64,000 nt of DNA. It comes from Diadema antillarum. Lineage: Eukaryota. The stretch covers positions 248,001 to 312,000 of the forward strand of contig NW_027270977.1 in assembly GCF_040938485.1 (NCBI RefSeq), in the 5' to 3' direction. Position numbers and translations under genes: made by a program. Positions 13,287 through 26,500 of this stretch are shown piece after piece (within the stretch, counting starts at the first letter, position 1; each line of letters opens with the position of its first letter). The notes under the pieces were generated by a model, which worked only from the letters and a program-made list of their open reading frames with translations, was not told the origin of the DNA and made no database searches.

Positions 13287-13428
13287 NNNNNNNNNNNNNN
13301 NNNNNNNNNNNNNNNNNNNNNNNNNNNNNNNNNNNNNNNNNNNNNNNNNNNNNNNNNNNNNNNNNNNNNNNNNNNNNNNNNNNNNNNNNNNNNNNNNNNN
13401 NNNNNNNNNNNNNNNNNNNNNNNNNNNN
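13287..13428. other. Assembly gap
   Basis: Run of N. Confidence 1.
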
Positions 13429-13814
13429 AACACAGGCAAAATAGTGCACAAGGTACTTTAAACTCAAATGAGAACTTACAAAATGTTTCACATCGGAATA
13501 CCTATGCTATATTAAATGTTCAGTTTACAATTAATCACTTTTATTTCACTTTAATTAGATCTCAATTTCAGTCACACAAAGTGGTCCATTAGTATCATTA
13601 GCAATGAGACTATCCACAAATTGTGTCTAGTAGTTCTGGACCGAAATTAGGAGTAGTAAAGAGACTCCATTGACCCCTCCCTAACAGGTCAGGTGCACTG
13701 ATAAATTTTGATAAAAATGAAGGTAACGACAAAACAACTTAGCATAAGCAACGCTCTGCTCCTGATACAAAATGCTCGGCATCTGTCCATGTAAATTTAT
13801 TAATTAATTAATTA

Positions 13815-14114
13815 ATTTGAAGAGTTTGTTTGCAAAAACCGATAAGTCCATTTTTGAAGATTTTAGAATACGGTCTCTGTCATAAAGTACAAAATAATAC
13901 CTTTTAAATGATATATTGGTCAGTACATATAAAGGTATATTTTTGAAGTTAAATGATATATTGGTCACGACATATAACGGTACATTTTTAAAGTTATGGT
14001 CATAAGAAGCAAAAATTTTCTTATTATTCTCTTTATTTTTCTTGACCTTTAATCGCAAATATCTCCATTTCGCAAATATGGACTTATCGGTTTTTGCAAA
14101 CAAACTCTTCAAAT
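13815..14114. mobile_element. MITE (300 bp) with perfect ~37 bp TIRs
   Basis: ATTTGAAGAGTTTGTTTGCAAAAACCGATAAGTCCAT and its exact reverse complement; internal ~43 bp duplication. Confidence 0.85.
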
Positions 14115-14149
14115 ATAAAATGTTTTAATTTAAAGTGCAGCTGAATAAT

Positions 14150-14512
14150 AATTGGGATATTTGCCTTTTTGTTTTGTTTTATTTCGTTTTGTTATCTTTT
14201 GTGTGTATTTTTCCTTTGTTACTTGCAATTTTGTGTATAATTTCTATGTGGTATAGATTTACTCTTAAAATCTATAGCTATATTTTTGATTGCAATTTGT
14301 AGCCTCTTATCTCTAAGGGAATCGGCCTTGATAAGTTCTATACGGTCTTTTTTTTATTCCCACAAATGCTAAGTAGGCCTATATCTTTTGCATTATACCT
14401 TTTATTTCCAATGTAAATGTAATGTTGAATATGTTATGTCCGTGTATGTGCGTTTTTATGCTTTTTAGCATGTGGAATAAATAAGATTGAAATGAATTGA
14501 ATTGAATTAATT
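14150..14512 (+). mobile_element. 3' UTR remnant of a related LINE
   Basis: T-rich stretch ending AATAAATAAGATTGAAATGAATTGAATTGAATT, the same tail type as the LINE at 54581. Confidence 0.5.
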
Positions 14513-14583
14513 CAGGGAAAAGATGCACAGGTTGTTTTTCTATTATTTTTCAGCACTGGATTGTGTTATAATATAGGACCTAC

Positions 14584-14807
14584 AGAGTTTGAATGCAAAA
14601 CAGATTTCACGTTTTTTCCTTTGATTATATCGATATAGATAGCATGACAATGCGCTCATTACATAACACAAAAATCTATAAAGATATTCTTGTATATATC
14701 ACAAACATAGGCCAACATTTTACCTATCTTTATTCTTATTGTTTTTCACAGCTTTGATGTCAAAACATTCAACATAAAAATGGACATCTGTTTTGCATTT
14801 CAACTCT
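14584..14807. mobile_element. Small MITE with TIRs related to the 13815 element
   Basis: AGAGTTTGAATGCAAAACAGAT / ATCTGTTTTGCATTTCAACTCT. Confidence 0.55.
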
Positions 14808-15369
14808 TCTATATAGGACTATGGCAACATGGGAGGAGGAATTATGACTATCACATAATATTCCAGTAGAGAGGCAGGGGTCGTATAAGGTGGATCCTTC
14901 GTGCAAAACATGTTAAAAAATAGATACTAAAGGTAATCAGGTTTGTTTGTTTTTTGGGTTTTTTTGGTTTTTTTTTTTTTTTGGGGGGGGGGGGTGCTGA
15001 ATTACTACATTTTAGTTCAGAGTGAAGAGAAATAAGAATAGGAACACATAAAATAATGCAGGCCTACACACACACCAAAAAACAAACCGAATACAAAAGA
15101 TATGAAATATTGATAATGACTATGAAATGTTGATAATGAATAGATGTATAGATGGATAAATAAAATAGAAATTCAATTACTGTATGCAAAGAAAATTGCC
15201 AAGAAAATAAGAGTGGAGAAGCCATGTTTATTGTGTGAAATACTAGTAGAACAGTCCATTGCTGCTGTCATTTCCCCACGGGACCAAGAGAGGGCGCTGG
15301 ACTACAGAAAGCAGAGGAACAGCTTGCAAAACCCAACAAGAACGCAATGGGGACGGACCATAGAGCAGC

Positions 15370-15925
15370 ATTTACAGCTCTACTTCTATGGGACGGACCG
15401 TGTCGTCGGGTAGTCGACTCGATCTAGCTCTTGCAACGCGGGGGCGGCGGGCATGCGGCGCGAATCGGATGATAATGATGCGATCGGCGATCCTCGAGTA
15501 CGATCGTACGAACAAGTGATGCGATTTTTACAATACTCGGGCTACTGGCTGGCTGCTAGCTCACGCTGCGGAGCATGTGGTGTCAGAAATGATGGGATCA
15601 CAACCTTGCCCTTGTATTTTCAGTCAGCCGTTTTAGATGATCTCATATGTTCGAAGAAGATAAGTAGTATTCAGTGCCAAACGTGTGCTAATTTTTCGAT
15701 TAATAAAACAACGAAGTGTTGAGTCAGATCTACGGACTTCGCCAGCGCAGCAGGTGACATTCAAAGCAGAAGTCGTCAAGTCGGCCGGGCACGGCCACGG
15801 CTGGCTTTCCAGTGCATGTGTAGGGCGACCACCCACCGCCCTTGGGCTTGGAGCAGGGAGAGAACCGGTGCGCTGAGCTGTGCTGTGCGGACTGTGTGAC
15901 ATCGGAACATCGTCTGGTACAATTG
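15370..15925 (+). promoter_or_regulatory. CpG-rich putative DEPTOR promoter / non-coding first exon
   Basis: Dense CpG, GGGGCGG GC box near 15441, located upstream of the 17331 acceptor; exact TSS and donor not determinable. Confidence 0.5.
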
Positions 15926-16206
15926 TATGTTCAGATCCTAAACACGGTAGTGTTTTGCATTGAAATCATCTTCATTGGAGGTCCTATTGATTGCAGTAAA
16001 TGTTTGATGCGGAATTATATTTTCATTTTGTGCTCTGTAAGAAGTCTCGAAAGCTCTCCTCACAGTCATCAGATTAATCTGATTAATTTAGTCACAATCT
16101 TCATTATCAATTAACACAAAAGTAAACAGTAGCAGTGATGATGATCTACCCCTTTAATTGAAATCACTGATCAAACAATGGTGAACAGAGAGATCTTCAA
16201 CTCAGA

Positions 16207-17203
16207 TTAACCCTATTAAGCCCAAGCTATTTTGACCCCTCACAGGCCCAAGGGGGGGGGGGGGGGGGGGGGGGCGCACATTGTGCCCCCCTATATAACT
16301 TTTTTATTATTTGATGTATCATCGTCATATTTGGCATGTGGGTAGAAACTCATACTCTACATGACCGTACATTTGAATTTTCACAAGGTCACCCATGGAG
16401 GGCGCTATTTACCAAAATATGAAGAAATACATAGGAAATATGCTAAAAACATGATTTTTCTGTATGATTTCTTTATCCCCATTATATATGTCTTATTATA
16501 GACCAATCATTTTCATATTTGCCACAAATGATAAGCAAGTGGAATTTCATTATTTTTTATGGTTGAAATTTCTCAAGGTCACCACATGGGGGCGCTGTTC
16601 ATATCAACATAGTGATACATTATGAGACCTGAGATGAAATGTTTGGGATGGGTACATGTATAGTTTATGACATTTCATATTTGCATAATACTGGAATTTT
16701 GAGATTGCAAATTGATAATATGATAAACTAATGATATCAGAGGCATAACTTGGGTGAAGGAATCAAAATAACTCAAAATATAAGGGCAATCTTTAGAAAA
16801 TATCATTGTTTTTAATTATCTCTATTATATCTATTGTTTTATGCCTTTGTCACATAAAAACAAAGGAAATAATAAGAAAAACTTTCCAGGACCATAATTA
16901 CTTCGAATTTTGCTCCTTGAACAAATTTCAGCCAAGAAACACCCATTTCATACACTGTAATGCTGTTAAATGAAATGGGAACAGAAAAAAGATGCAAAAT
17001 CTGACTGACATGGTTGTCAGTTTATGGTTGCCATGGCAACCAGCAACATCAAATATAGCTAAATTATATATTAAAATGTTCGTAATAAGATTTTAGGAAA
17101 AGTCACCAAATTTGGTTTAAATCGGATAAAGGGCGAAGGAGTGGCAAACGAAAATCTGGTAGGGGGGGCACAATGTGCCCCCCCTTGGGCTTTATAGGGT
17201 TAT
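16207..17203. mobile_element. Non-autonomous piggyBac-like MITE, copy 2 (in the putative DEPTOR 5' UTR intron)
   Basis: Same TIRs and colinear internal sequence as 149-1171; the right target site reads TTAT. Confidence 0.9.
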
Positions 17204-17437
17204 TAAATGTCAAACCGCCATAATGTACGCCACAGATGTATTGACCACATAATGTCTACAACTGCTACGTATGTCAGAGAGAAGAAATGATTGTTTCATC
17301 AAAAGTTTTCCATATTATTTTTTATTTTAGCTAGCATCGTCCATCACTAATCTGCATCACTGCTGCCTGGATTGGATCCAAGTGACGGGCAGTGCGAGGA
17401 AAGTTCCGAAAGAACGTGTGACTGCAAGTAGTGCAGG

Positions 17438-17532
17438 ATGCGAGGAAAGGCAAGCTCCTTTGACAGTTCATCTGTCGTCTCTCTTGGGTCAAGAGCTGCT
17501 GGAAACATTTTGATAATTGGAGAAAAACTACG
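17438..17532 (+). CDS. DEPTOR: DEPTOR coding exon 1 (exon probably begins at acceptor 17331)
   Basis: MRGKASSFDSSSVVSLGSRAAGNILIIGEKL-R; donor CG|GTGAGA; upstream TTTTTATTTTAG acceptor implies a non-coding exon further 5'. Confidence 0.85.
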
Positions 17533-20500
17533 GTGAGACCATTTGAGGTTATTATTACAAAGGGATCTACAGTACCGATAAAAATATTTGACTTTCATTT
17601 CTGAAATTCAATAACCCTGCCCCCCCCCCCCCCACAAAAAAAAAAGGTTCAGTTTACATAGTACTAATAACAAATCCAGACGTTAAACCATCATAGCAGG
17701 TTATTCTTTCTTCGAATAAATGAAGGTCACAACTGAAACTTAATGGCATGTTCTGTAAACGTTGTAAATGTACTGCACTTTAATAGTATTAATAATACTT
17801 GTAAGACAATTCATAATAACAAAGGACAAAGGAAAATGAATGGTACTCTGATTTATTTCTAAAAATCAAACGATTGAAATTCTAGAAATGCAAATTTATA
17901 CAGGTCAGAAGGTTAAATGGTATTTCTATGACTGAGTGTAGTCGGTAGAGACAGACACCCTTAAAAATGTGTAATAATATAAAGAGATTTTAGAATTGTT
18001 GACTTGGTTCCAAAGTGGAGATTTTTTACATTAATTTTTTCATCTTTGTACATTGGTCATTGGGGTGAATTTAAAGTTCCAGCTTGGTTGATTTGGGTGA
18101 ATTTAAAGTTGGAAAGGTGTGTGTAACGAAGGCAGTGTTGAGTGAAGGTGAGCAGGTTGTTGTGTGTGCTGAATATCATGAATGATTACACTGACTGCAT
18201 GATTTGATCTGGTTTGTCTTGATAACTCATTGCAGCTGTTCACTGCCCTCCTCGCTGTTGGAAAAACACAAATAATGTACCTGTAGGCCCTATGTGAAAA
18301 AAAAAAGTTTTTACAGGGATGATGTAGTTTTGGTACAGTTTAGAGATGGGAATTCAGATTTAGAATTTTTCGAGAAACCACTTATGAGATATTACAGAGT
18401 ATACCGTTCTAAGAGGAATTCCAAGTTTATTTGATGGAAATTGGTTTTGAAATAGCTGAAATATTCAAAAGAAAGTTAAGCAAAGTGGATGACTAATATA
18501 GTTTAGGAAAAAAAATGCATATGTATATATTCCATTTTTAAAGAAAATGTTGCATTAACATATATATTATGTATATTTAATTATTACCTAAAAGGAAAGT
18601 TCTTTGGTACAAATGTATGTCAGCTTTTCCAATTGTTGTTTATTTCTGAACAGAGGCACAAATCTGATAGTGGGGATCGAATAGAATCCCATAGGAAAGA
18701 AATCAGCCTGCCGCATACTGCTGCGGATGCCTTGCCGCAGATCTGCCGCAGACAGGCATCATTTTCACATGCAAATTAGCTGCTGCCGCAGACTCTTCCA
18801 GGCCAGTGAGGGAGACTGGAGAGTCTGCGGCAGATCTATGCGGCAGACTGTTAATGATGAATATTCATATAAGTACGATTTCAGGAAGAGGTTGTGGCAG
18901 ATCTGCGGCGGGGCAAGTCAGCGGCAAGTCTGCAGCAGACGCCTATTAAATATGTATAGATCTATAGTAAATGACCTAACCTAATCGGCAAGTATGCAGA
19001 TATAGGGCTGCTGCGAGTATTCTAATGCTTAGACTTAGCTTAGCTAGTTCTACATACAATCGCAATGCATCACATGACTTAAATACCCACAAAAAATTGT
19101 TATGTTTTATGGCACGGTTACTAAACTATCTGTGGCAGATCTGCAGCAGATCTGCAGCAGGCTGTTAATGATGAATATTCATAAGTACAATTTCAGGAAG
19201 AGGTTGTGGCAGATCTGCGGCAAGATTTCTACACATGCAGGTATGCAGTATGCGAGAAGTCTGTCGAAAGTTCCTTTCTGTGGCAGCCTTCCCACAGATC
19301 TGCCACAGACTGTTCCTGCTGCATACTAACAGTTAGTATGCGGCAGGTCTGCAGCAAAGCTTGGTTCTGCCGCATACTCCCGCTTACTCTTGCCGCAGAC
19401 TAAAAAGTATGCTGCAGACCGGCGGCAAGTCTGCCGGAGATCTGCGGCAGACTTTTCTTTTTCTTATGGGATGGGCTTAAAATTCACCAAAATTTCCTAG
19501 ATCAGTTCACCCTTTGAAAACAATATTTCTTAAGTTATGAGTATCATGAATATTAGCCAATTAAGAAACGCAAACACAGTATTCCTGGACTTGCAGTGAG
19601 CTACCTGTACAATGGACCTGTATGCTAATGTACATATGTCATACAAATGTAGTATGCTCATGGATGGCATTATAGTGCACAAATAAACAATATTAGTTAC
19701 TCGTTTGGGCAACTCCAAGTTTCTTGTCACTTCAATGTCATACGCTATGTACACCTGTACAATATGTTTTGCGCTGAGGGGTGTGAATACCCTATCACAA
19801 AAGGTCAACCCTGAAGGACGTTACTATCAATGAGTCTTCCTGTGTCAATAAATACTGCCAGTAGCAGTAGGACTGTCTTGCAGCATTAATTGAGTTTAAA
19901 GCAAAGGGGATGCTTACAAAGCTACAGTAGGATCAACCAAAACCCTATCAACTGCCCCCCTTCTGTGTGTATCATATTCTTTAGAAAGATCATATTCAGT
20001 GTAGAAGACAGTGCTTTAGAATATAATTAAGAAATTACATCAGAAGGTGACTTATCATAGTCAAATTGTTCCCGAGACCAAGTCCTACTGGAGTTTTGAA
20101 ATCAAGGACAGGAAAAAGGATTTGAGATTTCACACTTCTGATTTGTTGTTTCATTCATTCATTCCCTTTTAAACTGGTGGTTCTGAACAAATGAAGATTC
20201 TACATCCTACAGTAGTTGTTGTTTTTTTCCCCCACAATGACTCCATTTTGTCTACAAGGTTTATGGATTGCCTGTCAGTGATTTGATTCTTACAATGTAT
20301 TCATCAAGGGATTTGACAAGCTAGTAAATTAGTCATTAAGAACAGCTTTGAGAATAATCCTGTGCTGAAAGATACAATATATGCTTTAAATAGTGCATGA
20401 TGTGCTTTAATAGTGTGTACGTGCTCACCCTGTACACATTTTATTGATTTGTGTTCTTGCTAACAACAGGAGGCAAAGGTTAAGTTCTGAGGATAGTTAA

Positions 20501-23500
20501 CAACACATGTACTTATGTGTGAGTATTTGATCAGCGCATTGCTTGTTTAGAAGCAAGGCCTTCAGGTGAAATCTAGTGGTGAGGTACTATACAAGTATAC
20601 TACAAACCAGTATCTGCAGTTGCAATTGACAAAGGCACACATTGTATCAGATAAGCAGTATTGGGACATCAGTTTACAATATCAGGTCCATGACAAGGAA
20701 TAGCACTGGGGAAGAGGGAAAAACGAGACATCCACAGGACTTTTTCGTTGAAAAACTTGTTCAGTTATTCTAGATGATGGTAATATGAACATATGATGGA
20801 ACAGCAGGAATATGATTGAAGTTTTGTAGACAGTGGATGTAAAAACCTTACCCAGGGAGCCAGGTTACCTTCATCTGTAAACTGTACGTCAGTACAGTGT
20901 GCACTTTTTAGACACTGTTTACACATGAGAGGTATAACACACAAAGCAGCACACAATGAAGGCTGTAAATCCAACTTCTGTGAAAGTTGCATCCAACAGA
21001 AGCTGCCTCCAAAGCTTACATTTCTGTTTAAGAGATCCTCATAGAATTCTGAATGTTTAGAGGCAAAATCCTGGACAAATAAAAGTTATCTAGATAGAAA
21101 TCTTGAGTAAAATCTTACAACAGGGTAGTTTGATCAATACTTAATGGAAATAAAAGAAGTTAAGAAATTGTGAAGTTGATGTCATCCCCTCACAATTTAC
21201 CATTCAGTATTTGTATTAAAATCATATAATTTCCTCCCTTTTCTTTTTCAAAGTATACAATTTTGCCCCAATCTCAAATTCTGAATACCATATGATTGTC
21301 TTACACTTTTAGACCAGAAAAATTAAAGTTTTGTCATTTTTGGTACATGATCAATGGAAAATTATATCTGAATTGATGCATGATGAAATGATGTTTCATA
21401 ATATTCAATTCTGTTTTTTAAAGATTTATTACCATTTTGTCAGGCTCTCTCTGACAATTTGAGAGATATCCAAAAGACACTTTCCCTCATAAAATCTTGT
21501 TTTAAGAAACCACCTTATTGTCTGAGTGCCTGCCGCTGATACATGCTATAATTATGTTTACCAAATCAATTTCTCAAGGCCCGTTTAATTTTGTTTTTTG
21601 AAGATTTATAACCATTTTGTCAAGCTCTCCTCCGATGATGTCAGAGATATTCAAAAGACACTTCATAAAATCTTGTCAAGACACCTCCCTATTGTCTAAG
21701 TGCCGCCGATACATGTTATGATTATGTTTACCAAATCAATTTCTCACGGTCCGTCTGACAGGCACGCACTTTATGCAGCCAATCCATGCATGATCAGGAG
21801 TAGGCGCTATAGACTGCGGTCTTACGCACAGTGCTTTGTTGGCTCCGAGCTGGTGGACTGGCTGATCAAACAGGGGACGATCAAAGATCGCACGACAGCC
21901 AGACAGGCGATGAACGTTCTTCACAAGTACAACGTGATTCACCATGGTAAATGGCCAACTTGTCTCTCTTGTTTTATACACAATCCCCTCATCTTATCGC
22001 CACATTGTCATTATCATTATTATTTTTTTGATATCTCTTGACTTGCTTTTATTGTGTAATTACGAATTACTAGACTGCTTAAAGCCACCATAGGCATGTT
22101 CCACTTTGTGCAGCTAGAACACTATTGTCTAGGCAGCTTGAGTTTTTACAATATGTAACATTCATAGCTATAAACTTTGATTTGACTATTTGATCTGATC
22201 CTGTGTGAGTGTTCTACAATCAACAGAATTCTGTTCAGTATTGTTTGGCACTATAAAGTAATTTTCTCTTGCTTTGTTTAAATGATAATTAATGGAAATT
22301 ACAATGTCCACCTGTTAATGTATGAATTTCAGCAGCAACTCCTTCATGCTCAAAATGGCCAAGATGCAAAATAAACCCCAATATCAATCAGACGGCTACT
22401 CTCCAAACACAAGTGATTATTCCGTAGCTTGCAGTGCATGCAACAGCATCAGGGCAGACAATGATCTACAGTTGTACATACGTACATTGTATCTTCCATC
22501 ATCCGTACTGCAATAGACTCTGTGATTGTTCACGTTCATTACTACAGTATTCATCCATGTGTTCTGCAAAACTTATGAAAGCCAGGGCATACAATGTATC
22601 TAGTACACATAATAGTGTTATGACGAAATGGGAATTATGCCCACTCTGTGCACTTCAATGGCTTCATCTGTTTTAGTTTTAGTTTTTTTGTGTGTGTCAT
22701 CTTTCTTGATTAACAAGGGCTTTGTTTTCATAATGAATTTGCTTGGTTGAAAGTGAAACAAATACTCGTTGCAACTAATGTGCTACCTAGTTATCAATTA
22801 ACCCAGCAAGTTTCGTTGAAGGAGCATTCAAAATGTGGAGGTGTCACATCACTTTGAAAGTTAAGAGGAGTTTTCAAAGGTTCTGGTCTCTGAACACTTC
22901 TTCTCAGATGTCTAAGATCTATAAAGAAGGTATAAAAACAATAACTGTGTATCAATGCATGCTGATGGATGAAGTCACATATGAATCAGTTTTATGAATA
23001 TGAGCATACATCAAATTATATACTGTGTATATGTTTTAAGGACTTTATACTGTATTGAAGATAGTGATAACAGTCCTATTTCTGCTGGACAAATGAACCT
23101 TTACATAAACCATGCCATTCTATCTTTACTGACATCTGTTGATGGTATTATACAGTGCAAGGAATACACTGTATGTTGATTTTTGTCCCCCCCCCCCCCC
23201 CCCCCCCCAGTTCTACTGCTCTGGCGGTCGAGTGTCAGGATCGGCAGTCGTACAAGTTGTATACTATTTGTTTAAACTCTACTTCAACTAGAAATCTGTC
23301 CTAGTTCAAGTTGACCTTTTTTGATATTTAAAGTTTATGATTGGGTGATGAGACATGCAATCTGATTGTCATTAAACTCTTTATGTGCTACATTCGCATG
23401 CCTGAATCAGTTGATGGTGTGCCGAGTTCACGTAATTTGCTCAGACGCATTTTGTAAAGCCACCCAAACTGATTGAGAAATCGACAAATGCCACAGTACA

Positions 23501-26500
23501 ATGAAAGTTTCACTTGTGGTTATGTTCCTCACACATGTAGCTTTCATTGCTTTGTGATTGAATAGTACCATACAAATGTACTTGTTCCACAGGGGATTTC
23601 GAGTTGAAACAAATTCTAGTTTTCTTTCACTGGTGTGTCTGCAAATGCCTTGCCTCCTAGACTTGAACAGTGTGACATACAGTAGCTACTGGCCATCACA
23701 GCAAAGCATGGAATTTTCTCCCAAATTTTGTTCATTGCATGTCTGGCCTGAAAGTTTCTGTGAAAAATGTACAAATCTTTGAGAAATATTATGTTTTCCA
23801 GAAGCACTCATGCGTTGTAGTCTCAGATTGCACAGAATAATGTGGCACACTGGAGGTTTAAGCTTTGGCACATGTACGTAAGTAGAGTTCAACAAACATC
23901 GAAACCAACCTCTGAACATGATGTGAAATTGCACGTTGAATTGTGTAATCGTAATGTTATTTTCTTTTCAAGATTTTACTTATACTTCTCATAAGAGAAA
24001 TATTCAGTAATACCATGCTTTCAACACCCCAAGTCTTTGCGCTATATGTCCATTGTAAATTCATAGCAAAATCCAAGCAGAGTGGGACATACCACTTTTC
24101 ATTAAGAGCATTGGATGCTAAAACACTAAGTCGATTTAAGGACAAATGGCGTTTCAAACCTTGTGTTGCCATTTATATGAATGCAATGTAATAAATTGCT
24201 TGAGTTGTGATTGATGCAATCACGGGGAAAGAGAGAAAGTGAGAGGGAGAAGGTAAAGTCAAATCAAATCAAATCAAATCAAATCAAATCTATAGAAATA
24301 GGAGAGAAAGAAGGAAAAAAGATTGAAGAAGAAGGTTTGAGGAAGGTAAATACATTGTTCTAGTAATTTAAAGGAAAAATGGAAAAACCTCATGAAGAAA
24401 GGCATTTTCTAGTCTTTTGTTAAATAGGAATCAGGTGTGTATCTGTTTGTCTCTTTTTTCCTCCTACGGAACCTCTTGTAAATCTTCAATCAGAGAGATT
24501 TGTTTTGCTATCATTGCATGTACATGTATTTACTGTATGTTTGGGATGCAGGTTGCACAACTCGAAATCAGAAGTTAGAACTTGTTGGTAGCACAAAGAA
24601 TACTTTGAAATTGTTTGAAAATGTATTTGCCTGTAGAAGCACATGTCATGATCAAGTACTTGTTGTCCGTTTTGGCTCAAGTCCAGGGCCTGCTCAAGGG
24701 CATGGGAAGTCCCAGAGTTCTCTGGATGTTCTCTGGATGCTATTTGAGCCTTGTTTTGTTTTGATTTGTTCTTCCCCAACATTTGACCACAGTGATTTGG
24801 CTACGATCCAAAGAATAGAAACTCCACATGAGTGAGGGTGGGGTATTTTTGAAGTCTGCAAACTTTGTTCACTCATGTGCAAGTCTCTTGTAAGCATTAG
24901 CAGGGTGTCAATGCCATCTTTACATTCCATCTGTCCGTCTGTCTGTGTCTGTCTGTCTGTGTCTTTTTCTCTACCTGTCTCTATACTATACGGTTGTATC
25001 TCCCCATGTGACTTATTTGTTTACCTAGTATGTATTCAGTTATCTACCCATGCATATATCTCTAATACCTCCATTCACCCCCGTCTAACTATCTATCTAT
25101 CCATCTATTTTTTCTGCAGTGCAGCTTTTTATACATTTATCTCTTTTGTCATTTTGTCCTTGCATTACAGTCTGTGATGACCATGTCTTTAAGGACGAGA
25201 TACTGTACTACCGATTTCGCGTGGAGGACAACACCTTTGTGGCAACCCGAGAATCCTCGGCTTACTTGCAGGGTACTCAAGTTTTTCAGAGGTGCGCATT
25301 AAGAGCTTGTGGTATTGGCTTCCGTTGGGCTAAGTCTCGATAGCACAAGAAGAATATTATACGTACAATAAAAACTGGTGTTTCATTGCACTTTATAGGT
25401 ACTGTTTACAATTGAGAGTAGTGATTTAAAAAATGTTCGAGTTATCACATTTTATGCATATGTGTAGGTCAGTTGTACCACAGAATATCCTACCATACAA
25501 AATTTTTGCAATAAAGCCTAAAATATAATAAAGGAGATATCAATATTTTTCTCACTAAACCATAACTGCAGACGGTTAAATCTAGAAACAATTTCATTCT
25601 AACTATTTTCACATTTTGTATCTATAGTTGACAATGCTTAACATTGATTATACTGATTATTAACTTTATTACACTGGTTGTTTCTATCTGTAACTCACAT
25701 TTAGGAACTATTTTGAAGCTCGCAAGCTAAGTTTTTGTTTCATCTGTAAATGGTAGACAATGCCTTATGTCTATGGGAATGCAATTTAACAGGATTACTA
25801 CATTTTTGTATCTCATCTTCAGAGATATACAAAAGAAATTTAACACTTTCCAAACTGTAAATGCAAACATTTTGAAGATGCCTATGTGAAGCAAACAAGG
25901 CAATTTGTGAGCAACATCTAAAGCCGCTTTCAGTTTTGCTTCTCATACTCTTCCCCACATTATGTAGCCCAGAAAGAGGAGCCGATCAGTGATGGGGTAG
26001 GATTGTGTGTTGTTGTATCAGGAATTGATCAGATAATGTGACTTTGCATGTCCCTTTATGGCTGCGTTTATCTGACTCGAGAGAGAGAATCACATTTCAA
26101 AATGCATCTGGAATGGTGTTCGCTGCGAAAGTGGTTTGAAACGTGATTTTTCAGGGTGCCGCGTTTATCTAACCATCACCGAATCATGATTCAAGTGTCC
26201 CTGCTCAGCTGCTTTGCATAGTTTGACCCAGGAAGTAGTAATGTAAAATGAGGCCTGTGTTGTAACATGCCGGTTGCATTTACATCATGGACGGTAACCT
26301 TGGCAGCTCAGAGATATAAATGCGTTTCAAAACAGCATTGCGTGTATCTACTCTTAGAAAGCCGATTGTGTCTCAAACGCATTTCAAAACGCCCTTTTGA
26401 ATGGCGTTTCAAATTGGCATTTCTAAACGTGTTTAGAAACACGGTTGCGTTTATCTGTCACCCGTAAATGCCTCAAATGCATTTAGAATCGTGATTCTGC

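Noticed and set aside
13266-13491. ORFs spanning N runs (also 50900-51349)
   Set aside because: Open only because of the assembly gaps
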